From the NCBI GenBank assembly GCA_046563655.1, contig CM102289.1, positions 1,488,001-1,552,000 of the forward strand: 64,000 bases of DNA, given 5' to 3'. Below, piece after piece: positions 61,801 to 64,000 of this stretch (positions are counted from its first letter, which is position 1; the number at the start of each line of letters is the position of its first letter). The DNA is from Yuukianura sp. NJ FZ-2021 (taxonomy: Eukaryota). The position numbers and the translations under genes were made by a program. Under the pieces are notes generated by a model. It saw nothing but the letters and a program-made list of their open reading frames with translations, was not told the DNA's origin and ran no database searches.

Positions 61801-63941
61801 TTCAGTCAATGTCGACGACGCTTTTGAATACCAGTAAGTCAAAACATCACACTTTCAAAATTTTCAAAAATTTGAAACTCATTTTTCTCAAAAAAAAGAA
61901 AGAAACGAAACCGAAAAAAATCTTCTCCAGAAATTCTTCCTTGCAAACCTTGAGAAATTTTTACTCGTAGATCTCCTTTAAAATTTTTTGTCCTCGGAAA
62001 ATGCCGAAACTTTTTCATCGCAATTTTCTTAGAGCAACGCTTTTTTTGACAACAATGTGCAAAATTTCTTTGAACAATAACTCAAATAAGAATAACTATA
62101 AATCTCAATATTTATATAATGTTATTATTATAATAATTATATGAATTTTTTTTTAGACAAAATGCTCCGTCTGGTCCACTCTCTCTGTCTTCTCCCGGAT
62201 CAATGTTGTTGTTCGGTGGTCGTCCGACGGACTTCCAGATGAAAGTTGATTCCGCAGAATCTGAAGAGTACTACAAAGGCTGCTTAGGCGACATCAGTGT
62301 CAACGGAAAACAAATTGATTTCAGTGCCTCTGAAGGTTCCGGATCCTCCGTTACCCGGAACTGTCAATCCGAAAAAGAAGAAGTTCCGCCCGAAAACTCT
62401 TCTTATGCAATCGGGCGAGACGACGATCTTGAAGAAAAATCCACCAAGAGTCCTGCGCCAGCAGAACACCAAGAAACTACTACGCAAATGCCAGAAACAA
62501 CTACGTATATTCCTCCTCCGCCATTCATACAGAGACCGGCTACAAAAAAACCGAAAGTACCGGAAAATGCCGTTCCGTTCGAAAAGTGTCGACTGCCCTA
62601 CAGACGCCAACTTCCGTTAGACGACGACGCCAGTTTAGATGATGGCGTCCAATTCGGAAATTTTGACAAAACTTCTAGAATTGAATTCACAGAGGCCAAA
62701 GATGATGGCGGGAGATCCGAATATTCAATTGAATTCAAAACGTTGTACCCCGATGGCGTCATTTTGATCAAAACCCGGGTAGATTCGACCGATTTCATTT
62801 CAGTTTACCTCCGAGGGGGGTCAATCCACTTTGCATTTGACCTTGGATCGGGTCAAGGGGTCATCAATAGCACAAAAACTTACAATGATGGAGTTTGGCA
62901 TACTGTCATGGTAGAGCGCATACTTGCAGAAGGAACTTTGACTGTAGATGGAGAATTGATTGGAAAAGGAAGTTCTCCTGGATCAACTACAAACATCAAT
63001 GCTGGCCAAACCCTGTTTATCGGTGGGTTGAGTGGAGCTATGTGGTCTAAAAAGTTCAATACGGCCAGGAAAGTGGGAAGTCCCATGGGCCCTTTTAACG
63101 GGTGCCTTAGGAATTTGAACATCAGAAATGAGCATCCTGGACAACCGACACTTACAAACGCAATTGAACCGTGCATGGAACTCAGCGAACCGGGATTCGC
63201 TTTTTATCCGAACCAAGGCTACATGAAACTGAGTAAGTTCCAAAAAAGGCGGAGTTTTTAGCTAACTTTAAAAAACCGAGATCTGCTACCATAGTTTAAA
63301 AGAGCAAACTCTTTCACATTTTTTTTGTATGTGTAGCTGACAAGTTCAAAGTCGGTCGACGCATCAAAATTGACCTTGCGATCAAACCAAGGTCACCGTC
63401 TGGAATCCTGCTTGCTGTGCACGGCGAAACCGACTACATGGTACTTCAAATGGTCAATGGCACAATTAAATTTACAATTGACAACGGAAAAGCTCCATTG
63501 GCCAGCAGCTTCTCTACGCAACCGTACGATCTATGCGATGGTAGATGGCACACAATTCAAGGTAATAAATTTAAGTTTTTGTGCGGGAAGATGTAAAATT
63601 CGCGGTAATTAATTTCCTTCAGCTTAAATTTTTGAATTTCAAAATTGTGAATTCTAAATTTTTGAATTTCAGCTTCCAAGTCCAAAAATGTAGTGACGCT
63701 GGGAATTGACGACACTTTTGCAAGTCCGGGAATTGGTCCGGGCGGATCCGATGCTACGGACACTGACCATCCTCTGTACTGGGGTGGACATCCGAACCCT
63801 GCTGGCAAACCGGGACTGGAAACAACTGAACAATTTGTAGGGTGCATGCGCAACTTGGTCATTTATGGACGGAATGCTATCAAATATGACTACGAAGCCA
63901 TGCAAGGTACAGTGGGTGTACATACCTGCCAGAGTGATTAG
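46879..63941 (+). CDS. LanA: Laminin subunit alpha (alpha3/5 type), complete multi-exon gene
   Basis: Signal peptide then [13 protein letters not shown] domain ([24 protein letters not shown]); many LE repeats; two L4/LF domains; coiled coil; five LG domains with a Thr/Pro-rich LG3-LG4 linker; stop TAG at 63941. Confidence 0.95.
53138..53341 (-). mobile_element. 204-bp insertion containing a tRNA-like module, antisense in a LanA intron
   Basis: Minus strand 53273-53205: GGCCTGATAGCTCAAGGGTTAGAGTG-CTTCT-CGGAA-AGAAG-AGATGCGAGTTCGAATCGCACTTGGCC (A and B boxes, 5-nt anticodon loop); flanked by the 9-bp direct repeat CAAACTAGC (53129-53137, 53342-53350). Confidence 0.7.
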
Positions 63942-64000
63942 GATTTACAAAAAACTTTGTCAGAAGATTTTGTCTCAAACTCACATTTTTTAGAATAAAT

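Overview
AT-rich, intron-dense animal (arthropod-type) genomic DNA. The short introns and large intronless divergent IR-like family would fit a springtail such as Folsomia, but that is inference. Left to right: (1) a PDGF/VEGF-receptor-like tyrosine kinase on the minus strand running off the left edge; (2) a TRC8/RNF139-family membrane RING E3 ligase; (3) a 4-exon orphan gene; (4) a clan-2-like cytochrome P450; (5) a ~30 kb tandem array of eight intronless divergent ionotropic-receptor (IR/iGluR-like) genes plus two fragments, with a clan-3 P450 carrying an in-frame stop embedded in it; (6) a complete laminin alpha (LanA, alpha3/5 type) gene. Five IR copies are intact, one is broken by a tRNA-derived SINE, one by a young non-coding LTR element and one by a 1-nt frameshift. 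Most striking: the IR array is a mosaic in which a nearly invariant pore cassette sits between exchangeable N- and C-terminal ligand-binding halves; the LTR element carries tandem U5/PBS units and six dispersed copies of a GAGACGC stem-loop; both P450s have non-canonical I-helices. Several 1-nt homopolymer frameshifts suggest assembly errors. Exon boundaries were read by eye and are approximate.
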